Below, piece after piece: positions 1-11,619 of a stretch of 64,000 bases of DNA. How positions within the stretch are numbered: position 1 is the stretch's first letter; every line of letters starts with the position of its first letter. Source of the stretch: Camelus ferus (taxonomy: Eukaryota); NCBI RefSeq assembly GCF_009834535.1, contig NC_045697.1, positions 18,044,001-18,108,000 on the forward strand, in the 5' to 3' direction. The position numbers and the translations under genes are program-made. The notes below the pieces were generated by a model. That model did not search any database. It was given only the letters and a program-made list of their open reading frames with translations, and was not told the origin of the DNA.

Positions 1-739
1 TCCCTGGATCGCTGGTCTCACTGTGACATTTGGTCTTCTGGAAAGAAATGACCACTCAGCCCCTCAGTGAGGCCTATGGCCTCCCCAGCCCCTGCCTGGG
101 CCCTGCCCGGGCCCTGCCCGGGCCCTGCTCAGCCTCTGCCCTAGAGGGAGAGTTCGGGGAAGAAGGAAGAGATAGTGAGGGGTTCAGGGGTGCGTGGAGT
201 ACCCAGATTCTATCTTCTGCTCCCGGAGTAGGGGTCAGTCAAGGTCACCAGAGAGGGCAGTGGAAAGAAAGGGCTGGGACTCTGGGAGAACACGAGGACA
301 CACGGTGCCTCACCTGTCAGCAGCCTCTTGGCTGGGTAGCTGTTTGATTCATTGTGGCATCTGGGCAAGGTGAAGCCCCACACTTTGTAAAATTGGTTCG
401 AACTTGTGTAATCACATAGATGACTTGGTTTCTTGATGAACACTGTATTAGAAAGATCAAAGCCTTGTGGAAGAAAGATGAGGGTTTTCCTAAGCAGCCA
501 GTGTGTGTTGAGGGGACGGGAGAGGAGGAAGTGGCTCCCTCCAGTGGACAGCCACAGTAATAGCACAAACTGGAGCAGTTTATTGAGCACGGAGTTGAGA
601 GGTAGAGGAATATACAGGAAGAGCTGCAAATGTTGGCTTATTTCTCCTCCTGGGACCCCCTCCCCCCACCCAGCCGGCCCCAACCCAGCCTGGCACGGCT
701 TCCTTGACCAATAGGCTTCTCTGCCCAACAAGATATTTT

Positions 740-960
740 AACAAACATTCACTGTGCATCAGACCCTAAGTACTTTATCCAGAGTAACCCATTTAATTCT
801 CATAGTAATCCTATGAAGTAAGAACTATGTTAGCAGCATTTTACAGAAGGAACAAAGGCACAGAGAGGTTGACTAACTTGCCTGAGAACACACAGCCAGT
901 ATGTAGAGACACTGTGATGGAAACCACGGTCTGGCTGTAGAGTCTATGCCCGTGACCATA
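740..960 (-). mobile_element. MIR SINE
   Basis: Reverse MIR core: catttaattctcatagtaatcctatgaag...ttttacagaaggaacaaaggcacagagaggtt...aacttgcctgag. Confidence 0.85.
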
Positions 961-1084
961 TCCCCAGTGGCCTTTTGGCCTCTGGTTTCCCCAGGTCTCT
1001 GGTTATGTTCAGGCGCTGATAAAAACACCTCCACCATCTCCATTATTACCTCTCTAGTCTTATAGTTGCCAAAGCCCTTTATTA

Positions 1085-1235
1085 TTTCATATCCCTCATC
1101 TCACTTGGTGCTCTGCGAAGTAGGAAGCACAGACACCATTATCACCTCCTTTTTACAGATAAGGAAATGCAGGCCCAGAGAGGGACAGGGCGTACCCAGG
1201 GTGGCACAGCTGGTAAGGCTGGAGCTGAAGCTGCA
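1085..1235 (-). mobile_element. MIR SINE (degenerate)
   Basis: ttttacagataaggaaatgcaggcccagagagg matches reverse MIR core. Confidence 0.75.
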
Positions 1236-2000
1236 GGCAGTTCCTCTGGCTGCGCTCCACCCTTCTTCCCGGGGCATGGCGAGGCCTCGTAGTAACTCCA
1301 GCGTCCGTTCCTCCCCAGGCAGGTCTGCTCCATCTTACCTCATATGTGCTCTCTGAACCAGTTTTCTCTGCTGTCTCTTGCTGACTTTCACACCCTCTTG
1401 CCCTGAGGGCCTGCTGGCCACCCTCTGAAATTGTTTCCATTTCACCCATTACCTTTGCCCTTTTGCTCCCTCCCCAGGCCTGAGATGGCCCGCTTCGGGG
1501 CCCTTTTCTCCTTTACCACATTCTCTGCAGGCAGACACCTGGCTGACAGGGTCTCAGGGTATCTTCTGGGGAGGCAGATGGGCTCCTTCAGAAAATATTT
1601 ATGAACCCATTCTTTCTCAAACTTTCTGTACCTCAGAGGCCCGCAAGGTGTTTGTTAAATACTCAGATTTCTGGACCCCAGATACTGAGTCAATTTATTG
1701 GGCATTTTATACAGTTGTCTGCAGTGGGTCTGATCTGGGGGTACCACAGCTGGAGAGAGAATGTTTCTGATGGAGTGATTCTGGTGTGGCTCCCCCGGGT
1801 ACAGGGCCAGGTCTCTGGCGGGGGGGGGGGTGGGGGCTGGGAGCTGCCCCTCCAGGCAGAGCCGTGGGAGGCGCTGCAGAACTCAGAGCTGCGGTGGGAT
1901 GTGGGTGAGGCGGCCGGAGGTGGGGCCGGGAGTTTCCCGGAACTGCGGTGGCTGTGGCCTGGCCCAAGTGGCCGTGTGGACAGGCTGCTGACCGATGCAG

Positions 2001-2442
2001 GGCATTTCTTGGGGCTCTTGTAACAGCGTACCACAAACAAAGTGGCTCTATCACAGAAATGTAGCCTCTCACAGTTCTGAGGCTAGAGGTCCAAAATGAA
2101 GGTGTCAGCGGGGCCAGGCTCTCTCCTAAGGTTCCAGGGCAGAACCTTGCCTCTTCTCGCTCCTGGAGTTGGCTGGCAATCTTCGGAGTCCCTGTGCTTA
2201 CTGACGCCTCTCTCCAACCTCTGTCTCTGTCGTCACACGGCCGTCCTCCTCCTGGGCGTCTCTCTCTTCCTTTAACCAAAGGGTCATGTTGGATTTAGTG
2301 CCCAGCCTGCTCCAGTAGGACCTCATCGGAACTTCTCTGCAACAACCCTGTTTCCAAATAAGGTCGCATTCTCAGGCCCTGACGAGGGCTTAGAACTCCT
2401 GCGTATCTTTTTTGGGGGATGAATACAGTTTAGCTTTTAACA
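2001..2442 (-). mobile_element. MLT1 (ERVL-MaLR) solo LTR
   Basis: gtaacagcgtaccacaaac...ctcacagttctgaggctagaggtccaaaatgaaggtgtcagc...tttccaaataaggtcgcattc...ttttaaca, typical reverse MLT1B/C. Confidence 0.9.
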
Positions 2443-4897
2443 GAGGGGATCCTATTGGTGCTTCTCCTTGGGATGTGTACACATCTAAGGATCTTCTCTT
2501 CAATCACAAATGGGGAGCAAATAGTCTTAAGTCCCATAAAATAGCACTTTATGAGCATAGCATTAAGACGTGGCTTTTAGAAAAAGACCCGAGTAACTAT
2601 TCACAGATTCGAATGCTTTACCGCTGATGGAAGTCCTTCCCCATGACCATTGGGTAAAAGCAGGACCTGGAGTTTCAGGTGTCAGCTCTGGGGGACCGGG
2701 GCACCCAAAGAGTGAAAGGGGAAGACATAGGGAAGGTGACTTAGAATGTTCTTAGAAGCTGATTCAGCCCCCACCCCACCCCGTTTATTCTCACTGACCC
2801 CCAAGGCACTGGAGGTCTCTGGAAAGACAGGTCCTGGTTCAGAGCTCTGCTGGGTCCCCGGCTTTGTCCAGATCACACAAACTCTGTGACCTTGGGCCAC
2901 TTAAACTTTCTAGACTTCGGGTTTACTTGAGTTTCTCATTGTTAAGTGGGAAAAATGAAACATAAAACATGATCACCTGAGTTGCCATCAGGAGGCAAGG
3001 AAATAATGTAGTGAGGGAGGGAGGAGGTGACTTCCTGGGCTCCCAGAATGAATCATTTCCCTTCCTCCTCTCTTTCCCCCGCCCCCTCTGTCCTTTCCTT
3101 CCAGGGGGAAGTGTGGGACATCCAGATCATGACCTTAAGGCACTCCAGGGAGTGGATGGTTGTTTTTCTCTGGGAAGTCTTGCCGTGTGGGGGTGTGTAT
3201 GGGGCGGGGTTGGGGGGACCACCTGAATATGTATTGATACTCGTGGTGGCAGCTAACAGATGACAGCTGTGTCCATAAAAGCTCAGGTTCTGCTCCCAAA
3301 ACTCTTTGAGGTCATGCTATTTGTTTCCCTCTTGTAGATGAGGAAACTGAAGCCTGATTGTCATCGCCCTAATCTTCATCTGGTTATTAGACACCTGGGG
3401 TGAACCGCTTTCAGTAGTGGGAGGAGGGCAGTGGGCGAACACGCAGTCGAGGATGCGTGCGGCCAGCCTGGCTCTGGGCTCGCTTCCAGTCCAGAGTTAG
3501 TGTTTCCAGTGTTTGCAAGGGGGAGTCAAGAGTTACTGAATTCCCGCTCATTATTGTTGAGAAATGGTAGTAAGTTCATCAAAGGTGATCTACTGTAAAA
3601 TTTGATTTGTAAATAAAACCGCAGGGACAGGACTATATCCAGGTTGCTTTTCAACCTCTTCCTTTGTTCTTTGCCAGAGTTCCTCAGGGTCGTTGGTTGG
3701 TAGTAAGCAGACTGCTTTAGAACACCGTTGCTCTTTCTGGAACCCCGTGGGTGTGAATAGACAGGCATACACGTGCAGGTGCTTGGAGATCTTCCAAATG
3801 CAGTGCAGCATAACTGATGGTGGTAAAATCTTGTACCACCAATGGACAAGGCCACTGGATGAGATGGAATCCCCCCTTCTGCCCCCTTCTGTCAGGTGAT
3901 TTGGTTGCCATGGTGATGGGAGATTGGGGAGGAGACTGAGAACTCATGATCACATAGGCTCTTTAAAATCTTTGTGGAGTGTGACAGCTGCTTTTTGTCT
4001 CTGAGTCCCCATCGGCCTAGGACATGCCTGACTCTGGTAGCAGAGTGGACGCTATGTGAACAGTAATGGCCCTGCATGTGATTGACTGAGTGGACTCTGT
4101 GTTCCTTTGAGTTCCTCCCTTGATAACCAAAGCGCAGGAGTGGGTCCCGGCAGTTGGCTGGGCTGCACTGGTGTGTAACTTTTCTCTTTTGATGTTTTAG
4201 TCTAATCTCTCTCTTGGTCCCCCCTTCCTCCTCCCAGGTCCAATTTTTAGACTGCCATTTCCTCTTTGATGTGTCTGGAGGCTGAGGCTTCCTGCTTTGC
4301 CCAAAAAGATTACTGTGAGTTTGCTCCCTTGTGGGAGTGTGTCTGTCTGCTCATGCTCACCACCCTTCTGCCTTATCCCTCTTGCCGAGGTCGAGCGGCT
4401 GTTTCTGCCCAGAGCCGGAGACTGAGTGGGGGTCTGATGGGCTACATAACTAGCTGCTGGTCAGCGATGGCAGCAGCAAGCTTGGTGACCCAGGGACTGT
4501 TTGGTCCATTTACACACCAAAGCACATCCCTCATGGTAAACTCCCATGTGGTTCTGAAGATGCTCAAAAAGCCAGCCCACCCAGTGGTCTCGAGCTGACT
4601 TTGACTTCCTTCCTGGCCCAGCCTTTTAATTAATTGAGAGAGGAAACTCTGGTTTAAAAACTTTTGGGGGTGGGCTGGTTTGATGTGAAGGGGGTGTGTT
4701 TGTCTAGTCCTCGCATGGGGGTGGGGGGTGGTTTCAGACAGGAAGGCTTCTGGCCAATAGTCACTGCTGTCATCAGCACCTTCCTTTACTGGGCACCTTC
4801 TCCGTTTCCCGCACTGTTCTAGACATTCTGGGCGATGCAGACCCGATCTCCTAAAGGGAAAATAACATCATACAGAAAATTGTGTGAGATGAATAAC

Positions 4898-5570
4898 TGC
4901 ATATATAGATCAGAGACCTACACCTGAGAGCTAAAACTGCAAACCTCTCAGAAGGAAACATAGAGGAAACATTTACGACATTGAATTTGGCAATGATTTC
5001 TTGGATATGACACCAAAAGCACAGGCAATGAAAGAAAAAATAGAAATATTGAACTACATCAAAATTAAAAATTTCTGTGTGTCAAAGGACACAATCATAC
5101 TGAACAGGCAACTCATGGAACAGGAAAAAATATTTGCAAATTACGTATCTGATAAAGGGTTAACTTCAAAGAACTACAAAGCAACAGCAAAAAAAAAAAA
5201 AAAAAAAATCGAACAACTCGATTGAAAAATGGGCAAAGGACTTGAAGACAATCTCCAAAGAAGATACACAAGTGGCCAATAACCACATGAAAAGATGCTC
5301 AGTATCACTAATCATGAGGGGAATGCAAACCAAAGCACAATGAGATACCACTTCACAACTATGAGGATGGCAACTATCAAAAAAAAAAAAAGAAAGCACT
5401 CCAGTACCTCTTCTAAAAATAAATAAATAAGTAAACCTAATTACCTCCCCCCTCAAAAAATAAAAAAATAAATACACAAATAAATAAAAAAGAAAGCAGT
5501 TCTCGGCGCTTCAAAATAGTTAAGATGATAAATGTAATTGATGTGTATTTTGTCACAATTAAAAAAAAAA
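4898..5570 (+). mobile_element. LINE-1 (L1M) ORF2 3' region plus 3' end, internally deleted, interrupted by a SINE
   Basis: ORF 5001-5225 (DMTPKAQAMKEKI..YIKIKNFC..EKIFANYVSDKGL) is a recognisable L1 ORF2 C-terminal remnant; L1MB-like 3' end with poly(A) at ~5520-5570. Confidence 0.92.
5399..5485 (+). mobile_element. 5'-truncated camelid Vic-1-like SINE
   Basis: ccagtacctc...aaataaataa..aaacctaattacctccccc matches the 3' half of the full copies at 27.0 and 39.6 kb; flanked by 13-bp TSD aaaaaagaaagca (5386-5398 / 5486-5498). Confidence 0.85.
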
Positions 5571-5574
5571 CAAA

Positions 5575-5730
5575 CCTCTTGACAATGTTCTGAAGTTGGT
5601 ATGATTCCCATCTTACAGATGAGGAAACAGAGGCACAAAGAAGTTAGGAGAATTTCTTAAAATTACACAGGCAATAAATGATAGATCTGTAAGGTGAATG
5701 CAGCCAGTCTGCTTCCTCTAAACAGCCACG
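5575..5730 (-). mobile_element. MIR SINE
   Basis: cccatcttacagatgaggaaacagaggcacaaagaagtt. Confidence 0.85.
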
Positions 5731-5829
5731 CAGTCCATCCTCACTGGCATCAGGGCTCTGCTGAGTGCTCACCCACCTCCCCACTCTCCCTCCCCATCCT
5801 GCGTAACACAGCCGTCCCCTCTCCAACAC

Positions 5830-6310
5830 AGTCCCCATCCTGTTACCCTGCTTTAGTTTTTCTCAGCACTTGACTTCTAATATGCTTATTTGATTAACTC
5901 TTTTATCATTGGTCTCCTGGCTTCGTGATGGCAGGTGTTGGACTTGTTGTTAACCATGGTGTCTGTGCACCAGGCAGAGAGCAGGCGCTCAGTCCATACT
6001 TGTTGAATGAATGAATAAAAATGTATTGGGTGTCTTGTAGGTGCCAGGCACTGGAAATACTAACATATCAATGAAATCCAGTCCCTGGCCCCAGGGCTCC
6101 TGGTCTGGTGGGGAGATGGGCAAATGTTCACAGTGAATGCAGAGGGAACACCCAGCCCCGCCCGCCTGGGGGCCGGGAAGGCTTAGTTCTGAAGAGTGAG
6201 TTGGGGGTGTCCAGATGAAGAAGAAGAGGAAGGGCTTTCTAGGCAGATGGAACAGCATGTGCAAAGGCCCAGAGGTATGAAAGAACACAGACGTTTAGGA
6301 GAACCTAGTT
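5830..6310. mobile_element. Two L2 3' ends joined tail-to-tail (+ copy ending ~6015, - copy starting ~6016)
   Basis: ...caggcgctcagtccatacttgttgaatgaatgaat followed directly by gtattgggtgtcttgtaggtgccaggcactg...gaacagcatgtgcaaaggcccagagg. Confidence 0.8.
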
Positions 6311-6986
6311 AGTTAGGGTGTAGGAGGCCCAGGCAGATCTTAGCCTGCTAGGAGCCCTCTGGTGAGTCTGGGGAGTGGTTCCGCTCATTGCCTTCTTTCC
6401 TGTTTCCTATGTTCCAAGAGATGCCTTATATTAAACCTACTTCCAGCTCAGTTGGGCCTGGAGTTCCATCAGCGATATTCAGAATCATCAGAAATACAGA
6501 CCTCCTTGGGAAAGGGATGGAGACTGGCATTTATCCAGCATCACTCTTTGGCTCTGAAACTTGCTTTGCTTTAGCTGTGGAATCCGCACACCTGCCCTGA
6601 GCGGCGGGTAGGTGGGCGCAGCAGGCAAGCCCATTGTGGACGCCGGGAAACCGCTGCTCAGCATCGAAGTCGCACAGGTGGCACAGTGAGTACTCGAACT
6701 CAAGTCCACCACTGCAGAGCCTGGGTGTCCAGCTGCGTGGAGGACAAGCCTCTCAGCTCTCACTCTTCCTGACTCCTCTGACCCTCTTCTAGGTTGGCCT
6801 CGCCCAGCCTAGCAGAACAGCAGCAGAGGAACCTTATCTAAGTGTTGGCTGCAGACAACCACCCAGCGACGGTTCTTTCCAAAGCCGCTCAATAGATTGT
6901 AAAGCAGGACTGACTCTCTTCCTGGCTTTCATCACCTGGCCAAGCAGCAAAAGGACACCTGGGTTTTGCTGATAAAACCAGGAACC

Positions 6987-7196
6987 GGGCACCCATCCTG
7001 CAACACGGGGTGGGGGCACCCATCCTGCAGCACTGGGGTGGGGCACCCATCCTGCAGCATGGCGGGGGCACCCATCCTGCAGCACTGGGGGGGCACCCAT
7101 CCTGCAGCACTGGTGGGGGGGCACCCATCCTGCAGCACTGGGGGGGGCACCCATCCTGCAGCACTGGGGGGGCACCCATCCTGCAGCGCGGGGGTG
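6987..7196. repeat. GC-rich minisatellite, 8 copies of a 25-28 bp unit
   Basis: Invariant core GCACCCATCCTGCA at 6989, 7016, 7043, 7068, 7093, 7121, 7147, 7172, separated by short variable G-rich linkers. Confidence 0.97.
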
Positions 7197-7519
7197 CATT
7201 ATTGTTTTAGGGGGATGCTTGTGCCTGTTTCCTCTGCCAGGGCTGGGCTGGGCAAAGCTTGTGTCAGCACACCCGTCCTTCCTGCCTCCCCTCCCACTGT
7301 GGTAGGTGACCTGTTCATGCACTTCCCTGGGCCAATCCTGCTTGCCTCGCCCTATAGAAGTCTTCTCTTTTCTGCTTTTCTAGTTTCCCTCCCTTTCCTG
7401 GGTAATTCCCAGCAGCGTACTGTATGCTGTCACCTCCCCATCTTTAAAGAAAAGACCCCGCTTTGACCCACAGCAGCCTCCAGCTGTTGCCCTGTGCCTC
7501 TGCTCCCTTCCCACCAAAC

Positions 7520-8230
7520 TCCTGGAAGCAACAGTCTCCACTTCTGGTCCTCCCTTTCTCTCTTGAACTCACCCCAAACTATCCTTCATTCCTACCACTA
7601 CCTAGAAACTGCTCTGGTCAAGGATCCCAGTGACCTCTGCATGGCCAAACCCATGGCTCATCCTCAGTCCTGACTGTGCCTTCCCCTACGTGCAGTTAGC
7701 CACCAAATTGTGTCAATTCTGCCCCTTAAATCTCCGTCCCATCTGTCTGCCTCCTCTCCATCCCCATTGCCCCAGTGCTGGTTCAGACCTGGCCCCTTTT
7801 CACCTTTATTGTATTAAATATCGTCTTTAACTTTCTCCCTGCCAATGCCTTTCCCCTCTCCAAACACTCCTTCCTCCTCCATAGATGCCAGCACGACAAA
7901 ATCACCTCCAACTTTCCAAATCCAATGTTTGGGAATTTTTCAGCTCTTCCTTTATTTGGATCATTCTTTTGATCACTTCTTACTTGAAGCGTCCCCCTTT
8001 CGATATGTCCCCTTTTCAAAATTCGTCATTGACTCTAGCACCTTTGGGACACCAGCTGCATCTTGATCCGGCTCCTGCCTCCTGCTAACCATCACCTCCC
8101 TACTCCTCTTTCTCCTAAACTTCTCTGCAGCCCCTGTGGTTTTCCTGACTTGCCACATCCCCTCTGATCTCTGTTCCTTGCACATATGGTTTCCTCTGCC
8201 TGGGATGCCTTCTCCTTCCCCTGCCTCCTT
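7520..8230 (+). mobile_element. L2 LINE fragments
   Basis: gaaactgctctggtcaaggatcccagtgacctc..gccaaaccca; tggtttcctctgcctgggatgccttc; pyrimidine-rich L2 sense strand. Confidence 0.75.
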
Positions 8231-9066
8231 TGCATCTTTCCAGTTTCAGTTACAGTTTTCCTCCCACAGGTGTTTGTTTACTGCATCCCTACTGTGTGCT
8301 AGACTCTGTGCTGGCCCCGTGGGTCAGAGGACTCTGCACCTCTGTGATGGTCTCCTTGATGTTACATGCACCTGCTTTCTAGGGACTTCCATAAGGCATA
8401 AGTGTTTGCTTGTATTTGTTGGTTTCTGCTAGACCACTGCTCTTCACCTGTGAACCCCCCAGAGGCAGGTCTGGCTTGGCCCACAGCAAGTCATAAATCA
8501 ATATGTGTTGAAAACATGGGTGACTGGATTGCCCATGATGGAGGCGCTCCCGTAACTGGGTCCCCAGTGTTTGAGACATGGCTCCAGTGTTCCCACGTGG
8601 CACATGTAGGAGTAATGTTGATTCGGTGGAGCTTTGTTTAGAATTTTGACCAGGCTCCCCAGATCAACAAGGATGTTATTGGAGCTTTTTGTATTTCTGC
8701 TAGATTGGCAATTCTCTGCTCCCCTCTGCTTTTTTCCCATCAGTCGCCTCCTGGAATGTGAGGGAAGGAGGTGAGCTTGGACGTTTGGATCCTTTTGATC
8801 AAGGTCCTCAACAATGGATGGCCAGAGAGCCAAGGGGAGTGTGGATGCAGGAAGCTCTGTATAGAGCAGGGCTCTGGAAGCTGGGATTAGATTGAGGCAA
8901 GTCAATGGGACAAAGAGGTATCCATCCATCCATGGATTCTTAAGACGTTGTGAACAGGTGGGTCAATTTTCCATTCCAGACACCCATGCCCCACAACTTT
9001 AAATAATTCAAGCCAACAAATGTCAGGCTTCCTCTGTGACCCTTCAGAGCCTGAGCAGGCTAAGAG

Positions 9067-9114
9067 TTGTCACTCTGAGTTATAAGTATTGTCACTCTGA
9101 GTTATAAGTATTGT
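9067..9114. repeat. Perfect 22-bp tandem duplication (2.2 copies)
   Basis: ttgtcactctgagttataagta x2 + ttgt. Confidence 0.95.
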
Positions 9115-9292
9115 GGACACATTTGTCCTCCACCCAATGAGGATGGGGGGTCCTTTAGGGCAGGACACATGTCCTCGTCTTTACTTCCCAGGACACTGCT
9201 GGATCGATGGTTTGTTGAATGAATAATGAAGCACCAGTTACCTGTTACCAGTGATTTAATAGACACTATGAGGGACATAAAAATGACAAGGA

Positions 9293-9460
9293 TAGATAAA
9301 CAACAAGGTCCTACTGCAGAGCACAGGGAACTACATTCAATATCTTATAATAACCTATAATGAAAAAGAATATATATATGTATAACTGAATCACTGTGCT
9401 GTACACCAGAAACTAACACGTTGTAAATCAACTACACTTCAATTGAAAAAAAAAAAAAAA
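9293..9460 (+). mobile_element. Short 5'-truncated LINE-1 3' end (cetartiodactyl type) with poly(A)
   Basis: tagataaacaacaaggtcctactg..gcacagggaactacattcaatatc...tgtaaatcaactacacttcaat + A15; TSD gacaagga 9285-9292 / 9461-9468. Confidence 0.93.
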
Positions 9461-11619
9461 GACAAGGAAAAAGTCATTTCTCTCAAAGAAACTATAATCT
9501 ACTGGGAAAGTGAATATGTTGGTTTGAATTTAAGAACCCCACGGAAGAAAGTTTTCCCCAACGCGATTTATAATCTGACCAAGAGCAAAGGTGAAGTCCT
9601 CTTTAGACGTCATTTTATTGTTTCTTCATCCCCCTAGACGATGAAAGAGAGAAGAGAGAGAGAAACTAAGGAATCTTTTAGTTCCTGCTGAAATTTGGGG
9701 GCCCTGCTGGGACATTCTGTGTGTGATGGAGTGGGGGAAGGGAGGGTGTGCAACACAAGTGCCTTTTTTCCCCCTTCTTATGCAAGTAAGAGCTTTTCAT
9801 AGTGGACATTGGAAATCAGAGATGAGAAAAAAGGAAGAAAATACCCCGAATCTTATCATTCAGAAATAACCATTGTTTTTATTTTCGTGTCGTTTAGCCT
9901 CTTTCATTTTTTAAAAAAAACAAGACAGAACCCTTATTGGTGTTTGCTTTGTGTATAGGGATTTTTGTTGTTATTACAAAAGCAAAGAATGGTCATTGCA
10001 GACAGAGTAGAAAACATAAATGAGGAAATGCAGGAGAAGGTTGCCCCCGGGCTCCCCAGCGAACTCCAGGATTGATGTTCTGGTGAATTTCCCTTGGGTC
10101 TTCCTTGCTGTTTCCCTCCCCTCTTTGTTTATGCCATAAAACAAAACAGATGAAACTCCAAAGTTTTTTTTCCCCTATATGTACCAAGTTAGAAAACACA
10201 AAGAACCAACTAAATGAACACAAATAAAAAGAAAGAAGAAACCAATGATCCACTGTCACCAGGTGTGTTTCTGAGCCCATGCATGAGTCACTCTTTCCTT
10301 CCCCCCGACTCTGTTCCTTTTCTTTCTTCTCCTCTTTTTTTTTTTTTTCTTTTTTTGGAGAAATGGGAACCATTATATTACGTTGAGGCAGGTCAGTGGA
10401 AGACACAGATATCCTCGCAACTTTGCAACTTGCTTTCAACGGGGTGTTCACAATTATTAGCAGGGATAACAGAGGCTGAGAAGAACGTCGCCACACTGAG
10501 TCTTGCCACTCACTCAAAAGACCTTTTTTCCCTCTTTTTAAAAAAATCCTGAGAGGAGGGGATGGCTTTGTCAATGAAGGGCATGCTTAACTTGCCCTAG
10601 GGAACTTCATGGTTTCCTTATGGGTAAAAAGGAGAAGGGGAACGTCTTTTTACAGTCTTTACACAAAAATACAAACACCTCAGATTCTTTCAACAACCTG
10701 GACTCATTCATCCAGGAGGGCTTGGGTAGGGGGAGATGGGGGAGAGGCTCCCGGGTGGGAGACACCAGCTTGTCCACGGGGGCTCTTGGCTGATCGAACC
10801 AATGGAAAGGCTCTCGGCCATTTCTCCTGGCCTGTGGCCTGAAGGAGTCCCAAAGAGCAAGGGCAGCCAGTGGTCTGTGTTGCCAGATCCTAGGCCCCTG
10901 GTCCATCTGCATCACCTCATCTCACCCACCAAGCATCAATCAGGACCCACTACGTGCTCTGTAGATGTGTGCTGGGCTCTCGGACATCCGGGGAAGGAAT
11001 ACATAGCCTCTGTCCTCCTCAAGAACCAAAAGCCTTGCTTATTCTTGTGCCTCGAGAAATTCATGGTAGGAAAACAAGTGTCTGGACATCATACCCTGGA
11101 AGAGGAACAAGATGTCATCACGGAGAGCCCTGCACAGCCTGAGATTTGGGGCCTGGCTCAAAACTGAGCTAAATCGGTGCTTGGACCTGCAACAGGGGAA
11201 TGATGAGAGCTATAGGTTTAGACTGTGTCACTTGTCACTCAGAGAATCTTGGGAAGAGCTTCAGAGACTAATCAGAGCTCACTCCCAAGTTACAGATGAT
11301 GACACTGCTGGAGTCAACAGGATTTACTCAAGGTCAGGGTGCTGCGTTGAAAGTCATGGATTTTTGACCACCAGTTCCCTCCTCCAGACAGATTTAAGTA
11401 TCTTTTATCATGGCCATGATTGGCATCATCAGGGTGGTAACAGCAATAGAACCATAATAGCAGCTGTTTACTCAGTTCCTGCCACGTGCTTCGCATGGTG
11501 GGTTTTGGCTGAATGATTTCCGGACAGATAGCAAGGGTTCTTTTCTATCTATTATGGGCCAATTTTTTTTTCAGATTTAGCATTTAAAAAAATTTGTAGT
11601 GGAGAAATGGGGTTGAAAA

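Noticed and set aside
6987..7196. CRISPR-like array (constant repeat plus variable spacer)
   Set aside because: Linkers are 11-14 bp and near-identical G-runs rather than unique spacers; there are no cas genes and the context is mammalian
6834..7466. Overlapping repetitive ORFs (CCRMGAPP / GHPSCST / AAGWVPP)
   Set aside because: They are translations of the minisatellite, open in several frames, with unit lengths mostly not multiples of 3
9993..10574. Longest ORF (193 aa) and other 140-190 aa ORFs (210-731, 1707-2279, 13101-13667, 41134-41661)
   Set aside because: No recognisable domains, low-complexity or TE overlap, and lengths compatible with chance; no consistent exon chain
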